NCBI GenBank assembly: GCA_040389205.1
Contig: JAZKAL010000010.1
Coordinates: 99,697 to 163,696, forward strand
Reading direction: 5' to 3'
Source: Bacteroidota bacterium
Lineage (GTDB): Bacteria; Bacteroidota; Bacteroidia; Sphingobacteriales; Sphingobacteriaceae
Length of the DNA stretch: 64,000 nt
Shown: in pieces, positions 1 through 8,837 of the stretch
How positions within the stretch are numbered: position 1 is the stretch's first letter
How the letters are laid out: every line of letters starts with the position of its first letter
The notes under the pieces: generated by a model
Seen by the model: only the letters and a program-made list of their open reading frames with translations
The model's database searches: none
What the model was told of the DNA's origin: nothing
Position numbers and translations under genes: made by a program

Positions 1-273
1 AGCATCCGTACGGATATAGCATTCCAGATGGTGGCTATTTTTGATAAGGATATTGCCAAAAACATGCACCTTAACGCCCGGTACGATATGTTTGTGCCTT
101 ACGGCGAGGAATTAAGTTTTACCCGCCACCGTTTAGACGCTGTTTTAGCCGCTAAGGTAAACCGCTTGATAAATGTATCTATAAACGGCACGGTACTTTA
201 CGATAAAAAATCGACAGCAGGTGTACAGGCTACCGAGGGCTTAGCGCTGGGTGTGTTGTATAAGTTTCCGTGA
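1..273 (+). CDS. 3' end of a probable outer-membrane beta-barrel protein (DUF3078-like); starts before the window
   Basis: Frame is open from base 1 (SIRTDIAFQM...). Alternating beta-strand pattern ending in GVLYKFP, followed by a terminator. Confidence 0.6.
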   Translation, partial: SIRTDIAFQMVAIFDKDIAKNMHLNARYDMFVPYGEELSFTRHRLDAVLAAKVNRLINVSINGTVLYDKKSTAGVQATEGLALGVLYKFP

Positions 274-313
274 TGATTAAAAGGGCATAATATATAACCC
301 AAAGATATTTAAC

Positions 314-346
314 AAAAAGACCCGGTCATTTGACCGGGTCTTTTTT
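314..346. terminator. Bidirectional intrinsic terminator between convergent genes
   Basis: aaaaagacccggtc-attt-gaccgggtcttttt: 14-bp stem with A/T tails on both sides. Confidence 0.85.
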
Positions 347-358
347 ATTATTCAAGTA

Positions 359-1687
359 TTACATTTTCGGCATCCGGCGCATCATGTTGGCCATGGCTGC
401 TGGGTTGCTCATTTGTTTCATTACTTTACGCATATCGTCAAACTGTTTCATCAGGCGATTAACCTCCTGGATGTCGGTACCCGATCCTTTGGCAATGCGG
501 TTGCGGCGGCTCGGGTTGATCAGGTCCGGGTTTTCTTTTTCCTTCGGCGTCATGGAGTTAATAATCGCTTCGATGCCTTTAAATGAATCATCGCTTACTT
601 CAACATCCTTCATCATTTTACCAACGCCCGGTATCATCCCCATCAGATCTTTCATGTTACCCATTTTTTTGATCTGCTGTATCTGGCCGTAAAAATCATT
701 AAAGTCAAATTTGTTCTTACGGATCTTGCGTTGCAGCTCGGCAGCCTCTTTCTCGTCGAACTGCTGTTGCGCGCGCTCAACCAGGGATACCACATCACCC
801 ATGCCCAAAATACGCGAAGCCATACGATCAGGGTGGAAAACGTCGAGCGCTTCCATCTTTTCGCCGGTACCAATAAATTTAATAGGCTTGTTAACAACCG
901 ACTTAATTGACAGCGCGGCACCACCACGGGTATCGCCATCAAGTTTAGTTAAAACAACACCGGTAAAGTCGAGGCGGTCGTTAAACACCTTGGCGGTGTT
1001 AACGGCATCCTGCCCGGTCATGGCATCAACCACAAACAATATCTCATGCGGGTTAACAGCGGCTTTAACCTGCTCTATCTCCACCATCATGGCCTCATCT
1101 ATAGAAAGGCGGCCAGCGGTATCAATAATAACTACATTATTACCGTTCTGCTTAGCCTGGGCAATACCCTCGCGCGCAATGGCAATAGGGTCTTTAGATT
1201 CAAGATTAGCATAAACCGGGATGCCTATCTGCTCGCCTAAAACCTGTAATTGGGTAATAGCGGCGGGGCGGTAAATATCATCGGCAACCAAAAGTGGCTT
1301 TTTGCCTTTTTGTGTTTTTAGGTAGTTGGCAAGCTTACCGGTAAAAGTGGTTTTACCAGCACCGTTTAAACCGGCTATCAAAATGATAGTTGGCGATGCT
1401 TTCAGCTCCAGCTCGGCAGTGGTGCCGCCCATCAGGGCGGTAAGTTCGTCGTTCATCAGCTTGGTTAAAAGCTGGCCCGGTGAAATAGAAGTTAGTACGT
1501 TTTCGCCTAATGCCTTTGTCCTTACATCATCTGTAAAGGTTTTGGCTGTTTTATAGTTAACGTCGGCGTCCAAAAGAGCTTTGCGAATCTCTTTCATGGT
1601 TTCGGCCACGTTTATTTCTGTAATTGATCCCTGGCCCTTCAGGACTTTAAACGCCCTGTCGAGTTTATCCGATAAATTTTCAAACAT
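359..1687 (-). CDS. ffh: Signal recognition particle protein Ffh
   Basis: MFENLSDKL start, GLNGAGKTT P-loop, DTAGR and TKLDGD GTPase motifs, Met-rich M domain. Confidence 0.98.
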   Translation of the reverse strand: MFENLSDKLDRAFKVLKGQGSITEINVAETMKEIRKALLDADVNYKTAKTFTDDVRTKALGENVLTSISPGQLLTKLMNDELTALMGGTTAELELKASPTIILIAGLNGAGKTTFTGKLANYLKTQKGKKPLLVADDIYRPAAITQLQVLGEQIGIPVYANLESKDPIAIAREGIAQAKQNGNNVVIIDTAGRLSIDEAMMVEIEQVKAAVNPHEILFVVDAMTGQDAVNTAKVFNDRLDFTGVVLTKLDGDTRGGAALSIKSVVNKPIKFIGTGEKMEALDVFHPDRMASRILGMGDVVSLVERAQQQFDEKEAAELQRKIRKNKFDFNDFYGQIQQIKKMGNMKDLMGMIPGVGKMMKDVEVSDDSFKGIEAIINSMTPKEKENPDLINPSRRNRIAKGSGTDIQEVNRLMKQFDDMRKVMKQMSNPAAMANMMRRMPKM

Positions 1688-1712
1688 TATAAATCTCTAA
1701 TTTTTGAGGAGA

Positions 1713-1720
1713 CAAAGTTA
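1713..1720 (-). promoter_or_regulatory. Bacteroidota -7 promoter box for ffh
   Basis: TAACTTTG on the minus strand, matching TAnnTTTG, 25 nt upstream of the ffh start. Confidence 0.55.
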
Positions 1721-1934
1721 AGATTTTGAAGCGATTTGGCTAATATATCTGAAAATGAGGGCTGGAATTTATTGTAGCTATTTCCCGGGGAGATGATGGT
1801 TGCGTGTAAATGCTCATTATCTATTTTAAATAATAATGAGATTGGTTAAAATGACAACGTGTATAAAGCCCCGTATAATAAATAGAGGGATAAGGCCTTT
1901 GTAATATCAAACGTAAAATTTGTAATATTACCAC

Positions 1935-3524
1935 ATGCCTAAAATAAGATATCTTTTGTTTGCTGCCGTATTTATGGCAGCCTTTTATGCTAATGCCCAG
2001 GCTCCTGGTGCCAATGTTGATATTAAGCATTACCGTTTCGCAATTATCCTTAACGATGCCGATAATGTGATAAAGGGCCAGGCAACCTTAACAGCTAAAT
2101 TTGTTAAACCGGCAACCATGCTTACGCTCGATCTTTATAAAAAGAACAAGGATGGCAAGGGTATGCTGGTATCGGCCATAACAGAAAACGATCGGCAGGT
2201 TAAATTTACGCAGGATAGCGACAAACTTATATTGAATGTAAAAGCCACCAAAGGCTCTATCTATAAATACACCATTACATATGCAGGCGTCCCTACCGAT
2301 GGGTTGATCATATCCACAAACCAATACAAGCACCGCACCTTTTTTGGCGACAATTGGGCTACGCGTGCACGTTACTGGCTGCCATGTGTAGATAACCCTG
2401 CCGACAAAGCCTCGGTTGAGTTTTTAGTAACCGCCCCTGCAAAATACAAGGTTGTAGCTAACGGGCTAAAAGTGGTTGAAAAACCCTTACCGCTTAACAG
2501 GAAATTTACTCATTGGAGCGAAACCGCCCAACTTCCTACCAAAGTAATGGTTATTGGCGTTGCCGAATTTGTAACAGCTAATCCTGGTAACCCCGGTGGC
2601 ACACCCGTGTATAGTTACGTATTCCCGGAAGATAGGGTGGAGGGGTTAAAGAACTATTCGGTAGCTACTAAAATTTTACCATGGTTTGTAAAGCGTATAG
2701 GCGCTTTCCCGTATAAAAAGCTGGCCAATGTACAGTCTAAAACCATATTTGGGGGGATGGAAAATGCCGGGGCGATTTTTTACTATGAGAAATCGGTAAA
2801 CGACACCAAAGGCATTGAGCCACTTATGGCCCATGAAATAGCTCACCAATGGTTTGGCGATGCCATTAGCGAAAAAAACTGGTGGCATGTTTGGTTAAGC
2901 GAAGGTTTTGCCACCTACATGACCAACCTTTATATGGAAGGAACCTACGGGGTTGATACACTTAAAAGCAGGCTGGCAACCGACCGCGATATGATATTTG
3001 CATTCGAAAAGAAGTATAGGGCGCCAATAGTGGATTCGGCTTACAAAAAGGATATGATAGGAATGCTTAACGCTAACGCTTACCAAAAAGGCGGCTGGGT
3101 GTTGCATATGCTTCGCCGCAAAATTGGCGACGGCGCTTTTTGGAAAGGTATACAGGCTTATTATAAACAATATAACGGGAGTAATGCCAATACGGATGAC
3201 CTTCGGGTTGTGATGGAAAATGCGAGCGGAACAGATCTTAAACAGTTTTTTACACAATGGCTGCGCGAGGCGGGTCACCCTCAACTAAAATTAACATGGA
3301 GTTATGATGCACAAAATAAGGCACTCACCGTGCATATAAACCAGTTACAGGATAAGCCGTATCAATTTATGTTCGAGTTTATGGTTGGTGGTAAGCTATA
3401 TAAAACGGAGGTTAGAGATGCGGTAACTAGTATTACCGTGCCGGCCGCATCGGCAACGACCGTTGTTAAAGCCGACCCTAACACAAATTTATTAGCCACT
3501 TTTGATACAATAAATAAACTTTGA
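1935..3524 (+). CDS. M1 family aminopeptidase, exported
   Basis: Signal peptide, GGMEN exopeptidase motif, HEIAHQW...E zinc motif, downstream YQKG motif. Confidence 0.92.
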   Translation: MPKIRYLLFAAVFMAAFYANAQAPGANVDIKHYRFAIILNDADNVIKGQATLTAKFVKPATMLTLDLYKKNKDGKGMLVSAITENDRQVKFTQDSDKLILNVKATKGSIYKYTITYAGVPTDGLIISTNQYKHRTFFGDNWATRARYWLPCVDNPADKASVEFLVTAPAKYKVVANGLKVVEKPLPLNRKFTHWSETAQLPTKVMVIGVAEFVTANPGNPGGTPVYSYVFPEDRVEGLKNYSVATKILPWFVKRIGAFPYKKLANVQSKTIFGGMENAGAIFYYEKSVNDTKGIEPLMAHEIAHQWFGDAISEKNWWHVWLSEGFATYMTNLYMEGTYGVDTLKSRLATDRDMIFAFEKKYRAPIVDSAYKKDMIGMLNANAYQKGGWVLHMLRRKIGDGAFWKGIQAYYKQYNGSNANTDDLRVVMENASGTDLKQFFTQWLREAGHPQLKLTWSYDAQNKALTVHINQLQDKPYQFMFEFMVGGKLYKTEVRDAVTSITVPAASATTVVKADPNTNLLATFDTINKL

Positions 3525-3746
3525 GGTTCAAATCCTATCAAACTAATTATAAAGGGACTAATTAATGTTCAAACACATTGCAATTTAGTTTCGACATTTG
3601 CAATTATGCGCTATATAATTTTGATTATTAAAAAAAATCAAAACATTATATCTTTTTTAAATGTTTTTCGTATAATTGAACTATGTAACAAACTAATAAT
3701 AATGTTACAGGAATTAACCCGATCTGTTCACTTAAATTTCAACACC

Positions 3747-4124
3747 ATGGCAAAAGCGTATCAGTCCATTTATGTAATGTTTTACAGGTGGAGCTTCAAA
3801 AATTTCGGTCAGGGCTCATTACCCCAATTTAAATCGTTGTTTAACGTTAGCTTTTTGCTGGTTGTGGTGTTAACAAACGCCATGCTGCTTACCAAACTTA
3901 TGGTAAATGCTAATTGGTTAACGATTAATATGTCGACTTACTTGGCTATATTATTTGGTGCGGTAGGCTTCCTGCTTTTAAACCATTTTATATTGTTAAA
4001 TAACCGCATGTTCAAAAAGTTAAATATGCGCCTGGCAACAATCAGCGCCCACAATAAAAACCTTTTTTCGATTGTATTATTGGTGAATGTATTGTTTGCC
4101 TGCAGCCTTTGTTTTATAAGATAA
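3747..4124 (+). CDS. Hypothetical membrane protein (about 3 TM segments); ATG at 3747 preferred to 3606
   Basis: Three hydrophobic stretches, followed by a terminator. The 5' extension of the ORF track entry is AT-rich and looks non-coding. Confidence 0.6.
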   Translation: MAKAYQSIYVMFYRWSFKNFGQGSLPQFKSLFNVSFLLVVVLTNAMLLTKLMVNANWLTINMSTYLAILFGAVGFLLLNHFILLNNRMFKKLNMRLATISAHNKNLFSIVLLVNVLFACSLCFIR

Positions 4125-4170
4125 TATCAAGGAAAAGAATAATAAAGCGTTATCTTCCAGTATTTTATTT

Positions 4171-4200
4171 AAAGCCTTAAGCCTTGCGCTTAGGGCTTTT
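4171..4200. terminator. Intrinsic terminator between convergent genes
   Basis: aaagccttaagc-cttgc-gcttagggcttt followed by a T run. Confidence 0.7.
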
Positions 4201-4644
4201 TTATGCCAAAACCGCGCAATGCTGCTTGGTAATATTCGGTATTACTACGCGCTTTTTACCAATAACTTTAACGGATAAGTTTATATCTTTTAAAAATTTC
4301 TCTTGCCTGCCGGGGGTAAGCGTTATCAACAGTTTGCCTGTTTGTGTGCCGGTGTTAACAACACTGTGCATAATGCCTTGTGGTATAAAAATATTTGCAC
4401 CCTTTTCTGCATCATAGCTTTCACCATTTGCGTAAAGCGTGAATTTACCCTCGGTAACCAGGATAACTTTATCATCATGATTGCAGACTAACGGGGGCGA
4501 GCCTGCGCCAACGCTTACTTCTTTCTCTAAGATGGTAAGGTTGCCGCCGCTGCATTCTGTACTCAGGATAACGTTCATTTGTATTCCCGGTATGTCTACA
4601 TACTCAGCCGGGTTGCGCTGTATAAAGTTTATGGTAGGTGCCAT
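4201..4644 (-). CDS. Cupin domain protein (quercetin dioxygenase-like fold, degenerate metal site)
   Basis: Cupin motif 1 (SPPLVCNHDDKVILVTEG) and motif 2 (GANIFIPQGIMHSVVN), then LLITLTPG. Confidence 0.75.
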   Translation of the reverse strand: MAPTINFIQRNPAEYVDIPGIQMNVILSTECSGGNLTILEKEVSVGAGSPPLVCNHDDKVILVTEGKFTLYANGESYDAEKGANIFIPQGIMHSVVNTGTQTGKLLITLTPGRQEKFLKDINLSVKVIGKKRVVIPNITKQHCAVLA

Positions 4645-4821
4645 TGTATTAAAGTTTGGTAATAATATGACGGAAATTTATAGCTGGGTGTTACAAATAC
4701 GCTAATAAAAAAGTTGCGTGTTTAAACAGGTAATGGACTGGCTATGAGATTGTATAACTGATTTTAATTGGAGCTGTATGAATTATAACTAATAATATGC
4801 AACTTTAATAAACCTTATTAT

Positions 4822-6498
4822 ATGGAATTAATTGATTTATTAGCAAAAGGATATTTTCCCAAGGAACTTCCGCCTCCTTTTAATACGCAATCGCTTGCAA
4901 GTAAATATAATATCATTAAAGCAAGTCTTTTTGGCGCAATTGATAAGACACCAACCAGATGTGTAAACTTTTCTTATGCAAAAATTGGGATGGTACGAAA
5001 ATCAATAAAAATACCAAACCCAATGCATCAGATTGGTCTTTGCGAAGAAATTTCTAATAACTGGTCTCAAATTGAAGCAATTTATAAGTCATCAACAATT
5101 TCTTTTAGCAGACCTAAATTGAAAGGAGATAGAGCTGCAAACTTAAGTCAATTTAGAGATTTCAGTCGTAGAACATTTTTGGCATCGTATCCTTACACAT
5201 TTGAACTTAAAACAGATATTGCAAAATACTTTCCGTCTATATATACACACAGCATTCCTTGGGCGATTCATGGCAAAAGCGTTTCCAAAGCATCAAAGTA
5301 TGATAAAAGTCTATTGGGTAATAAATTGGACGCGTGTATTCAACAAACGATGTATGGACAGACAATAGGTTTACCTATTGGTCCAGATACCTCATTAATT
5401 GTATCTGAATTAATAGGTTGTGCTATAGACGCACAGTTATCTAAGGTTATTCCTGGTATAAAGGGATATAGATACGTAGATGACATGTACTTCTTTTTTA
5501 ATAGTTATGTCGAAGCAGAAAATGGATTTTTAGAGATTCAAAAAGCACTTAAAGAGTTTGAACTTCAAGTAAATGCAGAAAAAACTGTAATTAGAAAAAT
5601 TCCAAGAGGAACAGATAATGAATGGGTTATTAAACTTAGATCTTTTAGATTTCGCAAAACAGAAGGTAAACAATACAATGATATTATAAGTTTTTTTGAT
5701 ATGGCGTTTGGATTGTCTAATCAGTTACCGAATGAATACATCTTATCTTATGCGGTTTCAAGGATAAAAAATGTGCAGCCTATCTCAGATGAAAATTGGC
5801 TGCTACTCGAAACCATGTTACTAAAAACAATGGTTGCTGAACCAGCCACCATTAAAGAAGTCTTCCGAATATTTTATTCCCATCAGTCTAAGATAAGCGT
5901 TAAAAAAATAGAGAAAGTCTTATTTAATTTTTTGGAATATCACTGCCAAAGAGGGTGTGATTTTGAGGTGTCTTGGGGGCTATGGATGGCTAAAACATTT
6001 AATATATGTATTCCAGCTAAAACGAGTCTGGTTCTTTCCAATTTTGCCGACACCATATCTATACTAATTATCTTAGATATGATGAGCGTTGGGTTAATCC
6101 AAAAAGGAGATTTGGATATTGCCAAGTGGGAGGAAAAGCTGGACAAGCAATCTCTTTTGGATGAGAATTGGTTGTTTGCTTACGAAATTGCTGCCAAAAA
6201 ATGGATTGGCAGTTCTTATGATTATATAAATGAGGTGCCTTTTTTTAAAATCTTAAAAAAGAGTAAAATATCTTTTTATAATTCAGAATTACAAATTGAG
6301 CCGATTCAATTAACTAAACTAGCAAAAGCGGAAACTACAATTCCAGAGAGAGCTCAAGGCAATCCACTTTCTGATTACCAAGACTTTAAGGCGATAGAGC
6401 AAGCTGAAATTGTTTACGACATGGGAGAAGATGAAGTTGATATTGACTTTTTTGATGACTACCCACTTGATGATGATTATTATGACGAGTTTTATTAG
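4822..6498 (+). CDS. RNA-directed DNA polymerase family protein, class 1 UG/Abi (AbiK-like) reverse transcriptase with helical C-terminal domain; probable anti-phage defence protein
   Basis: RT motifs KTDIAKYFPSIYTHSIPW (Asp132), GLPIGPDTS, RYVDD (5473-5484) and LQVNAEKT, followed by a helical region with ENWLFAYE and FFKIL. AT-rich with AGA Arg codons, unlike its neighbours. Confidence 0.9.
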   Translation: MELIDLLAKGYFPKELPPPFNTQSLASKYNIIKASLFGAIDKTPTRCVNFSYAKIGMVRKSIKIPNPMHQIGLCEEISNNWSQIEAIYKSSTISFSRPKLKGDRAANLSQFRDFSRRTFLASYPYTFELKTDIAKYFPSIYTHSIPWAIHGKSVSKASKYDKSLLGNKLDACIQQTMYGQTIGLPIGPDTSLIVSELIGCAIDAQLSKVIPGIKGYRYVDDMYFFFNSYVEAENGFLEIQKALKEFELQVNAEKTVIRKIPRGTDNEWVIKLRSFRFRKTEGKQYNDIISFFDMAFGLSNQLPNEYILSYAVSRIKNVQPISDENWLLLETMLLKTMVAEPATIKEVFRIFYSHQSKISVKKIEKVLFNFLEYHCQRGCDFEVSWGLWMAKTFNICIPAKTSLVLSNFADTISILIILDMMSVGLIQKGDLDIAKWEEKLDKQSLLDENWLFAYEIAAKKWIGSSYDYINEVPFFKILKKSKISFYNSELQIEPIQLTKLAKAETTIPERAQGNPLSDYQDFKAIEQAEIVYDMGEDEVDIDFFDDYPLDDDYYDEFY

Positions 6499-6595
6499 TA
6501 AGTACTGTTATTCAATAAATAGCCTGTTGATGCTAAGCTCAGATTTATTTTACGTCAAATAAATTCTATATCTTTCGCTTAACAAAATCTATCGC

Positions 6596-8137
6596 GTGTT
6601 AGTTAAGACCTTTGGAAGTGCGGTTTATGGTATCCAGGCTATTACCATTACAGTTGAAGTGAATATAAGCGGGGGCAAGTTGGCCTATTTTATTGTCGGC
6701 CTGCCTGATAATGCCGTACGCGAGTCGATGCAGCGGGTTGAAACCGCATTACAAACCAATGGCTACCGCATGCCAAGGCAACGCATTGTTGTAAATATGG
6801 CCCCGGCTGACATCCGCAAAGAAGGATCGGCCTACGACCTTACCATCGCTGTTGGTATTCTTACTGCATCAGGGCAAATTCAATCAGAAGAAGTAGACAA
6901 GTACCTCATCATGGGCGAGCTATCGTTAGATGGCGGCCTACAGCCTATAAAAGGCTCGTTACCCATTGCCATACAAGCCCGCAAGGAAGGCTACAAAGGA
7001 TTCATCCTGCCAAAGCAAAACAGCCGTGAAGCCGCTATTGTGGATAATCTGGAGGTTTACGGCGTAGAGAACATTAAACAGGTTGCCGACTTTTTTAATG
7101 GCACGGGAGTGCTTGAGCCCGAAGTAGTAAACACCCGCGATGAATTTTACAATAGCCTTACCAGTTACGATAGCGACTTTAGCGAAGTGCGCGGGCAGGA
7201 GAATATTAAACGTGCTTTAGAAATAGCAGCAGCCGGTGGCCATAATGTAATTTTGATTGGTCCGCCGGGTGCCGGTAAAACCATGCTTGCACGCAGGCTG
7301 CCGTCTATATTGCCTCCATTAAGTTTGCACGAATCGTTAGAAACTACGAAAATTCATTCAGTAGCAGGGAAGCTTTCTGCCGCTGATGCATTGGTAACAA
7401 CAAGGCCTTTCCGGTCGCCGCATCATACCATATCCGATGTTGCTTTAGTTGGTGGCGGCAGTAACCCACAGCCGGGCGAGATCTCTTTGGCACATAACGG
7501 TGTTTTATTTTTAGACGAGCTGCCCGAGTTTAAACGCAGCGCGCTTGAAGTGATGCGCCAACCCCTGGAAGAGCGCAAGGTTACCATATCGCGCGCGAAA
7601 TTTACGGTTGATTATCCAAGTAGCTTTATGCTGGTTGCCAGCATGAACCCCTGCCCTTGCGGCTACTACAACCATCCCGAAAAGGAATGCATTTGCCCGC
7701 CGGGCACGGTTCAGAAATATTTAAGCAAGATCTCGGGACCTTTGTTAGATCGTATAGACCTGCACGTAGAGGTTACACCGGTTAATTTTAGTGAGCTGTC
7801 ATCAGACAGGCTGGCCGAGAAAAGTGAGTTGATCCGCGACCGGGTGATCAAAGCCCGCGAAGTACAGATAGAACGTTTTGGAGCAAGGCCAGATCTGCAT
7901 GCTAACGCCCAGATGAGCCCGCAAATGGTACGCGATCTTTGTAAGATAACAGCAGCCGGGCAAACCCTGTTAAAGAAAGCCATGGAGAAGCTCGGCCTTT
8001 CGGCCCGTGCGTACGACCGCATATTGAAAGTTGCCCGCACCATTGCCGACCTTGCTGGAAGTGAAGAAATCCTATTAGAACACCTTGCCGAGGCCATCCA
8101 CTTCCGCAGCCTCGATCGTGAAGGCTGGGCTGGTTAG
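6596..8137 (+). CDS. comM: YifB/ComM family Mg-chelatase-like AAA+ ATPase
   Basis: GTG start, [30 protein letters not shown] Walker [20 protein letters not shown] motif, LSARAYDR. Frame is intact. Confidence 0.93.
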   Translation: MLVKTFGSAVYGIQAITITVEVNISGGKLAYFIVGLPDNAVRESMQRVETALQTNGYRMPRQRIVVNMAPADIRKEGSAYDLTIAVGILTASGQIQSEEVDKYLIMGELSLDGGLQPIKGSLPIAIQARKEGYKGFILPKQNSREAAIVDNLEVYGVENIKQVADFFNGTGVLEPEVVNTRDEFYNSLTSYDSDFSEVRGQENIKRALEIAAAGGHNVILIGPPGAGKTMLARRLPSILPPLSLHESLETTKIHSVAGKLSAADALVTTRPFRSPHHTISDVALVGGGSNPQPGEISLAHNGVLFLDELPEFKRSALEVMRQPLEERKVTISRAKFTVDYPSSFMLVASMNPCPCGYYNHPEKECICPPGTVQKYLSKISGPLLDRIDLHVEVTPVNFSELSSDRLAEKSELIRDRVIKAREVQIERFGARPDLHANAQMSPQMVRDLCKITAAGQTLLKKAMEKLGLSARAYDRILKVARTIADLAGSEEILLEHLAEAIHFRSLDREGWAG

Positions 8138-8141
8138 ACAG

Positions 8142-8170
8142 AAAAGCCATCGAGTTATCGATGGCTTTTT
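8142..8170. terminator. Bidirectional intrinsic terminator (comM/efp)
   Basis: aaaagccatcga-gtta-tcgatggctttt. Confidence 0.85.
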
Positions 8171-8197
8171 ATATGTTATTCCCCTAAGGGGTTGCCT

Positions 8198-8761
8198 TTA
8201 GCTTTTCACGCGCTCTACATAAGCGCCGGTTGCTGTATCTACTTTAACCCTGTCGCCAATATTGATGAACAAGGGCACTTTAATTTCGGCACCTGTTTCA
8301 ACAGTAGCGTTTTTAAGTGCGCTTGTTGAAGTATCGCCTTTAACAGCAGGCTCAGTATAGGTTATCTCTAACTCTGCGGAGTTTGGTATAGATGCCATAA
8401 TGGGCTCATCGCTTTCAAAAGCAACAATAACATTCATGCCTTCTTTCAGGAACCTCACAGGGGCGCCAAAAAGAGCTTTAGGTACGTTATGCTGGTCGTA
8501 TGTGTCGTTATCCATTATAACCAGGGCATCGCCATCCTCGTAAAGGTATTGGTAGTTATTCGTTTCTACACGTGCAATTTCAACCTCCTCATCTGTACGG
8601 AAACGATACTCGACCAATTTGCCCGATTTAACATTACGCATACGTGCCTGGTAGAATGCGCGCAGGTTGCCCGGCGTGCGGTGTAAAAACTCCTCTACCT
8701 GTACCAACTCGCCATTAAAGCGAAGCACGTTACCACTCTTTATATCAGATGCTTTTGCCAT
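8198..8761 (-). CDS. efp: Elongation factor P (PGNL loop subtype)
   Basis: Start MAKASDIKSG at 8761; HRTPGNLRAF loop, YTEPAVKGDT, VPLFI and VDT...YVER motifs. Confidence 0.95.
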   Translation of the reverse strand: MAKASDIKSGNVLRFNGELVQVEEFLHRTPGNLRAFYQARMRNVKSGKLVEYRFRTDEEVEIARVETNNYQYLYEDGDALVIMDNDTYDQHNVPKALFGAPVRFLKEGMNVIVAFESDEPIMASIPNSAELEITYTEPAVKGDTSTSALKNATVETGAEIKVPLFINIGDRVKVDTATGAYVERVKS

Positions 8762-8781
8762 AAATTTTATAATTGAGCCTG

Positions 8782-8789
8782 CAAAATTA
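8782..8789 (-). promoter_or_regulatory. -7 promoter box for efp
   Basis: TAATTTTG on the minus strand, 20 nt upstream of the ATG. Confidence 0.6.
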
Positions 8790-8799
8790 GATAATTGAT

Positions 8800-8830
8800 T
8801 TGAGATGTGAAAAATGAGAAGCAAGATTTC
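8800..8830. repeat. Short degenerate 7-mer array
   Basis: tgagatg tgaaaaa tgagaag caagatt: about 4 units with a 7-nt period. Confidence 0.35.
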
Positions 8831-8837
8831 GCAAGTT

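Noticed and set aside
1755-1820. aatgag...ctcatt-bounded segment upstream of ffh as SRP RNA or another ncRNA
   Set aside because: No SRP domain IV motif (GGAA tetraloop with conserved internal loops), and only 6 bp of terminal pairing.
3524-3536. aggttcaaatcct, resembling a tRNA T-arm (possible att remnant)
   Set aside because: Only a 3-bp stem, no acceptor strand or CCA, and no integrase. A match of this length is plausible by chance in 64 kb, and the adjacent cupin has host-like composition.
4822-6498. RT as a retron, group II intron or DGR enzyme
   Set aside because: No retron NAxxH or VTG motifs, no maturase/X or endonuclease domain or intron RNA, and no template/variable repeat pair or avd gene. 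The motifs fit class 1 UG/Abi.
6596-8137. comM disrupted by a mobile element
   Set aside because: The ORF is full length with all motifs. The RT lies upstream of it, not inside.
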